Part shown: piece by piece, positions 35,100 through 47,800 of the stretch
How positions within the stretch are numbered: position 1 is the stretch's first letter
How the letters are laid out: every line of letters begins with the position of its first letter
From: Corallochytrium limacisporum Hawaii
Taxonomy: Eukaryota; Protista; Pluriformea
Length of the DNA: 64,000 nt
Reading direction: 5' to 3'
Assembly: GCA_002811645.1 (NCBI GenBank)
Contig: PDIP01000036.1
Location: forward strand, 186,001 to 250,000
Notes under the pieces: generated by a model
The model's input: only the letters and a program-made list of their open reading frames with translations
Database searches by the model: none
What the model was told of the DNA's origin: nothing
Position numbers and translations under genes: made by a program

Positions 35100-36060
35100 A
35101 TCTTCTGCTCAGTCATTCAGCTTAATTAGTCAAACACTTGTATGATCTAAAGAAAGTGCTTCGAAATTGAAATGTACGAAGAGGCGATCTACCTCTTGAA
35201 CAAATTCATCTTGACTTTGCCCGGCACTGCCCGTGCCAGCTTGATCCGTGGTGGCTGTTTCAGGGCGCTAGGTGAGAGCAAACACGCCATCGGCGACTAC
35301 AGTGCTGCTCTAGAGGTGGAAGTAGGTAGGTGCAATCGCAAACGAATTCGCACCCGTCTGGCTGTTCTGAACAATGCTTCCGGAAGAGCCATGTATCGTG
35401 CTGGTGCCTACCAGGAGGCGCTGGAGGCTTTTGATGATGCGATTTCCAGCTACCCATACTACTATTTGCTATGTCTACATAGGGGTCATTGTCACGTACA
35501 GTTGGGCGATAAACATGCTGCCCAGGAAGATTCTATGGGCAACGTTTTGTCTCTGATGCCCTATCCTCCGCGTAAGGTGCCCCCCTGGCTGAGTTGGAGG
35601 GCCAGGCTCTGCGCTTTTGCCGGTCATTTGCACACTGATAAGCCGGTGGACCGTGATCGTCGCCTCATTGTAAGTTACTTCCTGGAAGACAAGAGCGTGA
35701 AGGTGTACGAGCCTCCCATTCGCAACTCTGGAGTCATGTACGGTCTGTGGATGAGCAGGAAGCGCATGAAAAACCTTGTGAATGGTGAGTTCTTTACTGC
35801 TGCTGATTTCTACGCGGGCAGTGTTGTCACTATCAATGCCCACAAATTTTGTCTTGGCGAGCCCGATGCCTGGGTTGCTGCATGGATGGAGGCCCACCCT
35901 GATACGCACCCATACAGTGACATTCAGAAGATCAAGGCTAAGGTTGCTGGACACTCAGAGCTGCGACAGCACCTTAAGTGTGCGGAGTCGCACAATGCCA
36001 AGGGGCCCTGATGTGCCGGGGTCTTAACGAGCGAGAGTGCTTCACTTGCCTTCCCGCACT
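35100..36060 (+). pseudogene. EFHC: Chimeric remnant: TTC16-like TPR fragment fused to the EFHC1/2 (Rib72) last DM10 domain
   Basis: ORF 35172-36011. TPR part: YEEAIYLLNK...IRGGCFRALG..AIGDYSAAL. At QED (35523-35531) it switches to EDSMGNVLSLMPYPPRK...DRDRRLIVSYFLEDKSVKVYEPPIRNSG...HPYSD (DM10). Upstream TAA at 35148, compensating frameshifts at 35580-35618, and a frameshift near 36005. Confidence 0.75.
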
Positions 36061-36289
36061 TGCCTTCGGGCGGGAGCGTCTGGGACTGCCATTGCTGAAG
36101 CACTTGCACTTTGAAGCGCCAGTCATGTCATCGATACATCACCATCAACTCTCACAAACAAATGAGTGACTTGCCCAGTATTCCAAAATGTACGACAAGG
36201 TAAATTCTAATCAAATCAGTTTCTATCACTATCGTCTCAACTATCGGAGAGGTCTATGTAGCTTTGTAGACGCATGTGATGCTCTGCCA

Positions 36290-37834
36290 TCATTGCTGTT
36301 CCTTGCTCTCACACTCCCGTACACGCTCAACCCACACCACAAGAGCCTCTCTCAAACCGGTGGCACATGCCCGTGCATGGGACATGGCCTCAGCAATGGC
36401 ATCGCGATTTGTACCAGGTAATTCACCCGGTTTGAGGCTCTGGGTGTGAGAGCTGGCTTCATTGAACAGGTTCTGACAATGGTAGAACAAGCGAGCAAGG
36501 TCACTGAGTTCTCGAAGGACCCGCCGTCCTTCGCGTGAATCCCGAAGGTTCTTCCCATTCAGATCATGCAACTGTTGCTTGAGCTTGTCAAGAACAACAC
36601 TAAAGTCATATCGGTTCCACAAGTCGCCCTTCTGTACCTGTTCAATCTCTCCCACTAGTTTCCAGCCCCATTTGCTAATCTCTGTCGGGTCAAACGGATC
36701 AATTCGGCCATTCTGTGCATTTTTTTTTGCACTGGACGATTCAAGGGCTGTTTGCAGGGTTCTCGAATGAGTTCCCGTCACCAAGCCTCCACCGGACTGC
36801 CACACAGGATACTTTGATGGTTCGCCTGCCGAGCCGTCGGCTGCACTAACAGCGGGCGTTGGTTCCCTTGGTATCTCCTGAACTACTTCCCGGAGAATCT
36901 GGACCGATGGCGGAAACTGCGGCCGTCCATGTAGAGCAATCCACGACACGATCTCAGGAAGAGACAGAATTCCAGTATAAGAATAACGAGGATTAAACGC
37001 CGTGGGCAAGTAGCCCTTGTCTGAGACCAGCCGCCATGGCACTCGTTCATTGAATCGATCTGCATATGTCCACCACAATTTCCTTAATTCGGAGAATGCA
37101 ATCTCCGGGCTGTCTTCCAATGATCGCCAAGGCTTCCTTGTTCCGATGTAGTGCACAATGCGTACATTGTCCCGCATGTGTCGGAAGGCCGGCCCATACT
37201 GATAATTCGCGTTGATGGTCATATTGTCGCCGAAGGGTAGACGATGTTCCGGATCTGACACACCCCATTCCGAAAAGTAGTTGTTTAGCAAACCTTGGTC
37301 ACCCCCATCATACGTTGCGTCTTCTTGGCTAGCTAGTCCCAAGAGATCTTTGTATGTCTTTTCACCTGGTTCGAGTACCATGACTCCCGAGTTAAAGAAA
37401 TCTGGCCAGCCTACATCTGGTGCAGCTGAGAGCTCTGGCCGAGTGAACAAATCGTCCACGTTCTTCAAAACTAATGTGTCCGCGTCTAGATATACCACTT
37501 TTTCATACTGTGTCAGTCCCCATACATGTACTTTTGTGAACGTCACATCGAGATCAGGCCGCTGCAACAGTTGAAGGTTCTCCGTTGCCTTGGAATATAC
37601 TTCATCGACAGGAATGAGATCATCCCAGACCTGGCTCAGAATATGACGCGTCTTGGTGCCCACATCGGGCCCGATCATGCAACACAGGATCGCATCGGTG
37701 TCACTAGCCCGCAGTGACTGTCCTAATACCAATGCACCCAAACCGTATTCATCCTTAGTCACCAGCGTCACAAACGCATTTCCGTCTGCTCCAGGCCCTG
37801 ACCCTGGGTCTCTTAATGATACGCCAGAATCCAT
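36290..37834 (-). CDS. GYG1: Glycogenin (GT8)
   Basis: AFVTLVTKDEYGLGALVLGQSL, RPDL..TFTK.HVW.LTQYEK, YLDAD, AAPDVGWPD.FNSG, DGGDQG, priming-Tyr region NYQYGPAF, HYIG..KPW. Confidence 0.95.
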   Translation of the reverse strand: MDSGVSLRDPGSGPGADGNAFVTLVTKDEYGLGALVLGQSLRASDTDAILCCMIGPDVGTKTRHILSQVWDDLIPVDEVYSKATENLQLLQRPDLDVTFTKVHVWGLTQYEKVVYLDADTLVLKNVDDLFTRPELSAAPDVGWPDFFNSGVMVLEPGEKTYKDLLGLASQEDATYDGGDQGLLNNYFSEWGVSDPEHRLPFGDNMTINANYQYGPAFRHMRDNVRIVHYIGTRKPWRSLEDSPEIAFSELRKLWWTYADRFNERVPWRLVSDKGYLPTAFNPRYSYTGILSLPEIVSWIALHGRPQFPPSVQILREVVQEIPREPTPAVSAADGSAGEPSKYPVWQSGGGLVTGTHSRTLQTALESSSAKKNAQNGRIDPFDPTEISKWGWKLVGEIEQVQKGDLWNRYDFSVVLDKLKQQLHDLNGKNLRDSREGRRVLRELSDLARLFYHCQNLFNEASSHTQSLKPGELPGTNRDAIAEAMSHARACATGLREALVVWVERVRECESKEQQ

Positions 37835-39246
37835 TCTGTGTATCTAGTGTAGCTCGATTGTCTGTGCTAAAGTCACCATTTTTAATCCTACATGGTGGTG
37901 TGGCTCCTTGGGTAATGAGCTGTCTTCTAGACCTTGCACTTCTGCCTCGCTGAGGCGTCCCTGTGGAAGCGAGCGTGTCTCTAGATCAAAACAATGAGAC
38001 GGTGTGCTCAACCCTTAGAGTTCTGCACCTAAGGTCTCTAAATCAGAGTGCAATGCTGCGCTTCTTTTACCAAAAGAGCTATGGGAAAGCCATGCCCGGG
38101 ATGCAGTGCTACCATGGCACCTGAGAAGCTCCAATACGGGCCACTGCCTCACTCTCATCCCAAAGACAAATTCCCGAGTGCAGGAATGAAAGAAAAGCAG
38201 AGGACCAAATCGAGAGGGATATCCACGATACTTCGTCAACCAACCCGACAACCCCGGCCCCTTTGCATGTCCCGGGCCCATGGTTCCTGATTTCTGAAGG
38301 GTTAACCGCTTGTCACTCATTCATGATACAGGGTGCAGGGAACATGGGGTGGCGTGAGAATAGTAGTCCATAGAAAGACGGGGAGGTTTACACCCTTTTA
38401 TCTCTCTGTGGTGCGCGGGGAAGACAGGCCGGGNNNNNNNNNNNNNNNNNNNNNNNNNNNNNNNNNNNNNNNNNNNNNNNNNNNNNNNNNNNNNNNNNNN
38501 NNNNNNNNNNNNNNNNNNNNNNNNNNNNNNNNNNNNNNNNNNNNNNNNNNNNNNNNNNNNNNNNNNNNNNNNNNNNNNNNNNNNNNNNNNNNNNNNNNNN
38601 NNNNNNNNNNNNNNNNNNNNNNNNNNNNNNNNNNNNNNNNNNNNNNNNNNNNNNNNNNNNNNNNNNNNNNNNNNNNNNNNNNNNNNNNNNNNNNNNNGGG
38701 GGTGTTTTGGTCTTGCTGGCTGCTTGCTGGCTGCGGGTTGGGCACTTTCGCTCGGAGACCACTAAGCCGGCGCTGGGTGCGGAGGGAAGGGAGAGGGGTT
38801 TGGGCCGGCGCACCCAACCCACCGCTGTTGCTCCCGCTGGGCCGCTGCGTTCTTTCGTTAACGGGGGGCCGTGCTCCTTTTCCGCCTTCCTCCATTCGCT
38901 GCGCCACGTGAATTTTCCTCGCAAGTAAGAATAGACCGTACATTTGGTATGCAAAGGCGGAGAAGTGCGTCCGATGGGGGGAGTCCCTCTTTGCCATTTT
39001 GGGATGTGACATCACTCGAGGCCAGTTGAGATTAATCAATAAATTTACCGTCATACATACGGGACGGTGCGATCCCGGTGAAGAATAGTATTGATGTATT
39101 TGAACATGGTAGGAGTTCCGCAAATACACAACAGGATACATGGAAAAGGGGGACGAAACTATCTAATATTACGGTTGGTTGGATGGACGGATGATGGATG
39201 CATGGTGGTGTCCTGGGATGGAAGATTTGGGCAAAGGCATAATACT

Positions 39247-41460
39247 CTAAGAATTCACTCTTGGGGAAGAGCGCGGGGATGATGACCTCGTAGGTGACCG
39301 ACACGGCGACCCGACAGAGGGGCTGTGGATGGGATCGAAAGTCCCATCGGCGCGTTCGCAGACTTCGGACATCTTCTTGAGGCTTGCAGCTAATGCATCA
39401 CCGAACTCTACCGCATCGAGAATGAGTCCATTGTCAAATGACGAAATGTTGATGGCAATGACCTGGCGTTGTATAGTGTACCCAAGGCCATAGCCATCCT
39501 CTGCCACTGGCGCAAAGCTAAACCCTGTGAGCGCATGTGAACCACAGTTGGATGTGGACATATTCCAGTGTTGTGACTCGGCGTAGTTCTTATCTAGGAA
39601 GAGGGCTGGCATTTGTTTAGGTGGTAGGAGCTCCTTTGCCAGTTGGTGCAGACCGTACAGATGCCGATCACAGCCATGGCCTCTCTTGGCTGCCTTGATG
39701 TATTCCACATGCGCTGCACATGCTTCCCGAAGAAGCTTCGCGCATTCCTCAGGCGTGACTTTCTCTCGACTCATGGCTTCGCAGAAACGCAGAGCCTCTA
39801 CCGACGTGCTTCGCACAGTTTCTGTGCGCCCATGGAGGTAGTTCTTTGTCGCACAGCTCTCATAGGTAGGTGTGCAGAAACCGTACAGAGAGTACCACGT
39901 CAGCTGGAAGGCCATCTGGACAAAGGCGTCTGGAGAGCACTTCAGAGTTTTGATGTGGTTAATGCCAAAGTCGTTGAAGATCAAGGAATCGATATGGACT
40001 TCCCCAGCCATCTTCTCAAAGCGTTTGTGAGATCGAATGATCTCCCGGTCTACATCCGGAGCACTCTCCCAGTAAAGAGGAACTGGTCGTGAGCTTAGAG
40101 TGTCTGAGACGATGATGTCCTCCTGGTCTAATAATCTTTCACTTTCTGCAAAGATGAAATCTGCCAAACGAAGGGCAGTGCTACCGTCGCCCTGTGAATG
40201 TTCCCAATTCATACCAGCCCCGCCGTTTTCGGTTACAATGATTTGATTCTTATCGAACCAACGGTTGCTGGGTTCACCATACATGACCTGCTTAACAGTT
40301 TCTGCATCCGTTGCGGTTGGCTGGTCATCCAAGCAGATGACAACAATGCCTCTCTGGATCATTTCCAGATTATTCGCATTCTGATTGCTAATATCAATCA
40401 GGCGCTCACGCATGCGCGCCCAAATGTCCCGCTCGTCTCCCGTAAAGACTCCAATGGGCACTGCCTCGTCCATGGACTCGACGATCAGTTTAATATCCGC
40501 AAGATCACTTGCAAAGGCACTGGCCGTTCGCATATGTCCTTTGTGGTCGTAGGCGTGGATGGGGAAGATATGACCTTTGTACAGAATCAGTACAGTATTA
40601 CATGTCTTGATCTCATAGACACATGTTTTGGAGTTCTCATTTCGCCCGAATGCTTTGCGTTGATAGCAAATAATCTGATCCCGTTCAAACAAAGGGATTC
40701 GGGTGCTGGAGAACTGGCGCGGGTACTGTGCCATACACAACGGTGTTTCTCGCTCCCGATCCGGTTCCAAAACGGCATCATCAATCAGTTGTTTGTACTT
40801 GAGAGCCGCGCATATGATTGCCGCTGCCCTAGTGATTTGATCATAGTCCGATCGCCCATCACGGAGCAAGAATTGGAAATTAATCTGCGGGCATGGTGTC
40901 CTGGTGCATAGGTACGCGTCATCCCACCATTCCTCCAACCATGACGGGTGCTCCGGATCGTTCGCCCGTTTGACCAGTTGATCCTGGAGATAGTACATCG
41001 GAGAACCTTCTTGTAGTGATTGTTGTACAATCTGCTTTGTGAGCTTGTAATTCTCCTTACTCACAAGGGGAAGAATTGTGGAAAGGTACCGATCCAGAGT
41101 CTCGTCTAGAGATGGTACTGGGAGCCTTGGCAGGTCCTTCTGGTACTGAAATGTGACCCCTTCCGTTCCCTCGTAGGTGCTTACAGTAAAATTCTTTGCA
41201 AATGTCTGTGTTATGAATGAGTCAACGCTGCGACGCGAACGCTGTAGTTTCGGCTGCGACTTTGGTTGCAGCCGGATTTTTACCGGGATCATCACTTCGC
41301 CATCTGAGTAGTTGAAACCACCCATGCTTACCCAGGCAGTCGGAGGAAGAGCACGACTAGGCCGTCGGGCAGGCATGGAAGGGATCTCTTCGTCCGAATT
41401 TTCTTCATCGAGCTTTGACAGGCGCCTGGGACGCTGGTATTCTCCTTCTAATGGGGCCAT
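39247..41460 (-). CDS. Carnitine/choline O-acyltransferase family protein
   Basis: LPRLPVPSL..TL.RYL, WLEEWW..AY, PLCMAQY, NRWFDK, catalytic WEHSQGDG, SPDAFVQMAFQL, TYES...GRTETVR, GHGCDRHL, MSTS, PVAEDGYG. Confidence 0.95.
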   Translation of the reverse strand: MAPLEGEYQRPRRLSKLDEENSDEEIPSMPARRPSRALPPTAWVSMGGFNYSDGEVMIPVKIRLQPKSQPKLQRSRRSVDSFITQTFAKNFTVSTYEGTEGVTFQYQKDLPRLPVPSLDETLDRYLSTILPLVSKENYKLTKQIVQQSLQEGSPMYYLQDQLVKRANDPEHPSWLEEWWDDAYLCTRTPCPQINFQFLLRDGRSDYDQITRAAAIICAALKYKQLIDDAVLEPDRERETPLCMAQYPRQFSSTRIPLFERDQIICYQRKAFGRNENSKTCVYEIKTCNTVLILYKGHIFPIHAYDHKGHMRTASAFASDLADIKLIVESMDEAVPIGVFTGDERDIWARMRERLIDISNQNANNLEMIQRGIVVICLDDQPTATDAETVKQVMYGEPSNRWFDKNQIIVTENGGAGMNWEHSQGDGSTALRLADFIFAESERLLDQEDIIVSDTLSSRPVPLYWESAPDVDREIIRSHKRFEKMAGEVHIDSLIFNDFGINHIKTLKCSPDAFVQMAFQLTWYSLYGFCTPTYESCATKNYLHGRTETVRSTSVEALRFCEAMSREKVTPEECAKLLREACAAHVEYIKAAKRGHGCDRHLYGLHQLAKELLPPKQMPALFLDKNYAESQHWNMSTSNCGSHALTGFSFAPVAEDGYGLGYTIQRQVIAINISSFDNGLILDAVEFGDALAASLKKMSEVCERADGTFDPIHSPSVGSPCRSPTRSSSPRSSPRVNS

Positions 41461-42336
41461 TCTGCTATTAGGTATGGTTGATCTATATATTCCGAACGAG
41501 ACATGGAAAACACATCGTCCGCATCTGAGGGTATAGTAGACAAAGTTGGGTTAAATACCAGATTGCATTTACGAAAGTTCCTCACGCAGCGCACTCGAAA
41601 TAATTCCCAGTCACTTACTGTCCGGCCGGGGCCAAATCCGCTCCCCATCGTCCAAACCCGCTCCCTCCTATCTGTCACGACAGCACTTTGCCGGGTCATT
41701 TCCGATGGCTATTTAGATTTCATTTCCTCTGTTTTAGTTCCCAGTTTGGTCACCCTCCCCCAGGCAATGAGAAATGACAATAGGCTGCCAATGGATTTTC
41801 TTGCAGGCGGAACATGCCTGGCTGGAACACGCCATCTCACCCCAAAGCTAATTCCCGGAGTATGCTTTCCCACCAGTACGGCAAGGTTCGAATTTTTATG
41901 ATCTGAAATTAGGAGTCTTCCGCGGGTCATCGTCGGCTCAACCGAAAGATCTTCTGACCTCCGGACACGCTGCTGTGATAACTAAAAATAGTGGACTTGA
42001 AAGGTTATACGGTTCAACCGACACGTCTGGACCGCCTACTGATCGTCGCCCTTCATTTGGCAGCGGAGGGTGGGGTCGGCGCAACTCTGCACGACAGAGG
42101 ATGAATTTTTTTCGGCGTGACAGATCCAGCGGAACGTGTCCAATACATTTGTATGTGTTGGGTGGGTCATCAGAGGGTGCGCAGACGGCAGGGGAGTCGC
42201 AATGATTGTGGTGGCGAAGGGGCTAGGATTCTATGGCTTGCGCAATTTTCGTGGAAGCTCGCACTATGACACTGCGGTTGTGCAAGATTTATTGAATGCA
42301 AAAGCTGTGCGGTTGTTAGTTGCCAGACAGACTATT

Positions 42337-44115
42337 CTACAAGTCAGGAACAGAATCCATCTTTTCAGTCGTTGTGGAGTCTTGGTCGTCGGAAAGTAGC
42401 ACATCTACCATCTTGGATGCACGAGTATGGATCCAGGACTCGAATCCTTTGGAGGCCCCAAGGCTTTGCATCGCGACGTTGAGGTCATTGCTCTGGCCAC
42501 GCAAGGGCGCCTTGATGAGGCCGTTAAATTTCCAAGCATTCCTGAGCTGTATAGTCATGGGGCCTCCGGAACCGGCAACGACCTTTATGCGATCACCGCA
42601 GGTAGCTTCCAAGAGTTCCCGAAGATTGCGGTAGTTCCAGCGATGGGGCCGAACCATGCAGTTGAAACGCATTCGGTATGCGTTCATAAGTTGATCGGCA
42701 GTGATGCTGGATTGACCCTGTGCTTCCTGTTCGCTGATCAACGACTGGATCCTGCGTGTCACTGTCGCTTCGTCCCCCGTCTCGTAGCTGTATTTGCCAC
42801 GAACCTCATCAGTACCGTAGATGGGTGGACTGACACGTTTTGGCTTTTCAGATGCATCGACTCCAATTTCAAGCGCTGCAGCTCGCAGCTCTGCGGCGTT
42901 CACAATGAGAATATTCACCTGGCGACCCACGACTGTGCTGCCGCACTGGAGCCTTCCTACAGGCCGAATCAGCATCCTGATCATGCTCTTAAGACTATGG
43001 CAGCCCCACTCCCAGTGTTGGATGCGCATGCCGGTCAAACGCCGGTACTGAGCCAGCAAGTAGTCCATAGGAACAATGAACTCATCTTCGGACAGGTCAC
43101 CGAAGAAGGTAACCCTTTCACCTTCGTGGAGTACCGTTCGCTTGTCCTCGGCTTGAGGACAACGACTCGGCTGGATACGGATCACTTCTAGAGTGTGAAT
43201 TAGAGCATTTCCAAGGTTTTCACGCTCTTGGAGAAGCTCGGCTGTTTCTTCACGAATTCGGTGTACTTTCTTGTGACGAATAACGAGATTGTCGTGGGAT
43301 GAAATTATCCTGGGAACGGGACTCTCTTGCGGTATCGAAGGCACTTGTTGTGCCTCACATGCATTCGATTCACTAAGAGATGACCTTGCCTTCGATGCAT
43401 AGTCGCAGTGAGCCCGCACAGCCGGTACAACATAGCGATCGACCGCGGGCCAGCTGGCGGTACGTGGTGACAGTGGTTTCGGAGTACCGTCAGCATTATC
43501 AGGCAGAGAATCGAGTAGCATCTTGTCATGATTGAAACTCGGTTTTTGAACCTCTGTCAACGGCATATAACGCTGAAGGTCATAGGCGCCATGGCACGCC
43601 ATGCTGGTAAACTCAACATTACTAGCCTTTTGGTGAACGCACGCAATCTTTAGACTGCTTGCCAGCTGCATTGCAGCCTCGATGTGTAGCATCCTGTCTG
43701 AGATCAGTATCAAGATTATCTCATCAGCGGCAGTGGTGTTTTTGACTTTCAAACTCTGAAGGAGGATGTGGTTGCGTACCTTGGTTTCGTACGCCTCACC
43801 ATGCTCATTGTACTGTTCAATATTCCAGCTGGCGAGACTAAGGTGCTTCCGTGCAAATGTGCTAACTTTGTCATTGAAAGCGTCATCACAGTAGAGGATC
43901 TTGTTTGCATTGGATCCCAAGGAGTCACCTATTTTGTCCAAAGCAATGATCATGTTGCTGATGCTAAAGCCTGGTTTTGGCTCTACGCTGGTAAAGTCCC
44001 CTGTAGATTTAAAAACGAGTACGCAATAGAGTCAGTGATCAGATTTCATTGGTCAGCACTTTGCATTCAGATCGGTGTGGTAGTACTTACAGATCATATG
44101 TATCTTCGCGCCCAT
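42337..44115 (-). CDS. NYN + 2x OST-HTH/LOTUS protein (MARF1/limkain-b1-like); 2 exons: 44115-44091, 44000-42337
   Basis: 90-nt intron 44090-44001 (GTAAGT...CACTGAC at 44037-44031...CTACAG). Splicing restores the NYN N-terminal motif MGAKIHMIW-DF. LOTUS repeats: LLAQYRRLTG...WGCHSLKSMI and LMNAYRMRFN...WNYRNLRELL. Confidence 0.78.
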
Positions 44116-44848
44116 GTTGAGATTTTTTGAACGGCGTTTGCTTTATTCAGTATTATCTGTATACTTGAGCAGTGTAGGCATTCTTGGCACTTCTGGAAAT
44201 GAACAGCTGGCCAGTCTCAAATACCTTGCTCGGGGGGTCCCGATGGCCCACACCATATTCACGGAATCATCACCACCAAACAGTTTCCGTCGAAGACTCG
44301 CACTTTTCGCGGCGTTTACAGTTAAAGAAGAACCTTTGTCACAAAAGCACCCACACGATGATACACATCAGGAAGATGCGCTGAGACTGAAGCAATCCGA
44401 TACGCTTCGAACCACAAGCCTGGTGCCCGGGAGACCGGTTGGTCTCCCCTTTCCCCCTTCTGACGGAATTTTGCCTTTTAGGGAAGGAGCCCACCCAGCG
44501 AACAAGGAAAACTTGAGGATTTGGAGGGGTACCAAACTGTTTGAGATTCAATTGCGATACTTATTACATTGATAATTATGAGAGTCTCAAGGTATCTATC
44601 TTTGAGACTCGGACGGGTCTCGATTGCGGCAGGGCAGATCGTATGGTCGCAATACTGAAGCAGCCCGCTTGCCGTGGCCATCGCGCGCGAAAATAGAGGA
44701 AGGCAACTGATGCAAAAGCTACGACTGTTTCCATGTTCCCTGCCTAGATTGCGACCGCCATGTACTCTCAGCGAATGGATATTGATTTCTTTGATTGAAC
44801 GTCAGTGTGTATTGATGTTTAAGACGCTGTAAAGTAAATGTGTGAGAA

Positions 44849-47800
44849 TCAGTACAGTTCTTTCACTTCGTGGGAAGCGAGGACGTAGATCTTGGCCAGC
44901 AGGCCTTTGCCGAAATGACTGTGGTCAACATCTCCATTGGTGACATTGGACTTGTTCACGACACTCATGATATCACCATTGTCTAGGGCACTGTTCGCTT
45001 TCAAAAGCACATCACCGATGGCACAATGCGACTCTGTCATAGTCACTCGGGCCTTCTTGCGTTGCCCGAACAGGGCTCCCAAGGTACGCTTCTTCTCACC
45101 ACCGCCCTCGTTAACAACTGCATCATCACCATTCTGTTGTACAGCGGCGCCACTCTCTTCCTCCCATGGGGTCGTCACGTTTGAGTCGGCATCATGTACC
45201 AAGGGAACATCGACAAAATCATCTGGCCTTTGCCGGTTGCTCAGCCGGACCAGACACTTCACCGTTCCATGAACGACCTGCAGTGCTGGCAGACCGGGCC
45301 GGGGAAGATTCTTGCCCGGGGGCAAGGCGCACGATGTAGTCAATAAGAGCTCGGGACGCAGATGGAACTGATCCATCGCGCTCTTCATAGTCTCAAACTC
45401 TGCAGTGTTGGCGTCATCCGATGCAAGGCCAGGAAGGCAGAGGCATACAAAGTCGTGCACCATGGACGCAGGGATCAGTAGAAGAGACAGCAGAGAATGC
45501 CATTCGTGAATAGTGCATCGATCATTGTTGACCCCGTTCTGTTCGACATACTGTGGTAGGATATTCACCATACTGTCAGTCAAAGTCGCTTGCTTTGGCT
45601 GGTGATTCAGTCCTGGCAAAATACTGGCCTTTGCAGTGGCCGTTTTCTTTTGCAGGGCAATCTCCATTTCCAGTTCTGCAGGGTTCAGCGTAAACACGGC
45701 CGTCACCCCTTCGTGGGAGACGGTAATCTTCTGGGGCACAGTCTTCTCCTTTTTCAAGTGTGGCGTCACCGATGCACCCTCTGGCCACTGGTGCTGAACA
45801 AGTTCGACCCAGAGAGCAATATTTCTGTATGCCTTGGCCAGTGCGGGCAGACCGTTTTCGATTTCTTCCCGAGGTACGTCTCCATACACAGCTGTGCCTT
45901 TCTCGTTCTTTCGAAGATACCATCCTCGGCCCTTGAAGAAATCTTCGATGAGTTGCACCGCTCCTGAAACAACGTGCTCTTTGGGTAGATCCCCGTTGGT
46001 GAGATTCTCACCAATGACTTCGACAGCTAGCCTCATAGACGAATCCGTAAGGTGCATACGCCACTGACAGCCGTATCCCGGACGTCCAGTCATATGCCAG
46101 AACAACTCCCAGCTGGACCAGTCTTTGGCCATCATGCTGTAGGTAATCGTTCCGGCGATTGACGTGAGATCCGCACGTTCATACGTCTCATTTATACCAC
46201 TGATAGCCCGCATCAGTGGTTGAATACGCCACAGAGACGCAAAGAGGGAGGGAAGATCTGCTAGGTCGCGCACATCGGACACCAGGGATCTTTCAAACAG
46301 ACTTTGTGACGCCCATGAAGTGCCATTCTTGGCGGCAAAATTAACCACATACCTTCCTTGCTCGCGACTCCAAGTGACCAGTGCATCACTGCAATGTCCG
46401 CTCTTGTGCGAGAAGCTGAACGTATGCCAGTACATACTGCACTCGAAGTCATCAACCGCCATAGAGGTGTCTGAGTACTGCAGGAAATCTCTACAAGCCA
46501 CAGCAGCGTCCCAGACACGGGCAATTCGGTTCAAGTGCATAATAGCACTCTCCACAGCATTCGATGGCCAGTCCAAAAACTTAAGAGAGAGTGACGATTT
46601 GGAAGGCTCATAGCTCAGAACACAGCGAGAATCGATTATGCTTTCATGCACCTTTTTCAGCCAAGACCGCGGAACATGCCGCTTCACACTGGGTAAGAAT
46701 TGCAGCTGCAGCGTCAGTGATATGTGGTCACCTTCGAGCACGTTTAGGGTAAAGGTGGCCAGAGACATGAACTTTACCATCGATGAATCCGGATGAATAC
46801 GACTTGCCAGATTCTGAACGAAGATAACTGTGTCCGGAGTCACACCACGGAGAGCACCGGGGTGAAGGTACTTCACCTTACTCTTCTCCAAATTCTTAAC
46901 AAACCGGTTTACCGTCTGGTATAGTTTGACCAGAACTAGTGCATTCTTCATTTGTCCTGCTAGTGAGAAGGGCGACAGGTTGTCGCTTCCTACTACTCTC
47001 GTAGAAATGTCTTCCTCCTTCAACATAATGAGCTTACTAGCCTCGATACCAGTCTGTTTCCGCCGGCCGGTCAAAATGGCAAAGCGTAGCTCCGCAGAGC
47101 CATCACAAAGACAGACCAAGTACAAATGCGGACTCTTTGGAATGGGTACATACGTTGAGATCGCATGTCCAGGCAAAGGAGAAACTGGTGGGACCCCACC
47201 TGTGAAGGGAAGCGACCGGAGGGCCACCAGGCCAACGAGCTGCGCAGCGGCAATTTGGGTGTGGATTTGAGCGTAGAAGAAAATATCCCGGTAGATTGCG
47301 ATGATACCGTCCATATCCTGATCAAGCATTTGCTCCATCTTTTGCAGTTCTGGCTGGTACTCCTCCATAAATTTGTCATCGGTGACTGCAATCTTGAACT
47401 GACCCAACTGAGGATTCATGGTAATCCGTAGATGAAGGGTCTTTGTCAACGAAATAGACAACTGAGGAGACTGTGCGAAGAAGTCAATTTCTTTTGCAAT
47501 CACACTCGCGCCTTGTAAAATTCTTTGTACCTTTTGAAGATGGATACGAGAAACTCGTGATGAGGCCTCTCGGATGACATCCGGAAGGAAGGTCAACCCC
47601 TTACCTTCAACCAACAGATCGGTACCACTTGTAGAAGAGTCAATGCACTCTCCACCCAGCTCGCTGAGCACAACAAGACGCTTACCCGAACGTTGCGGTG
47701 CATCCGCAATCTTGACATACACCGAAACTTCGGGTAAGAGTGCATTGCATCCGGTCCAGAAGTATACCCGCAAACCGTCATCCGTTGGATTGAGTTTGAT

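Noticed and set aside
44114-44572. 152-aa plus-strand ORF upstream of NYN-LOTUS
   Set aside because: Overlaps the NYN-LOTUS start and promoter and has no recognisable motif; cannot be supported.
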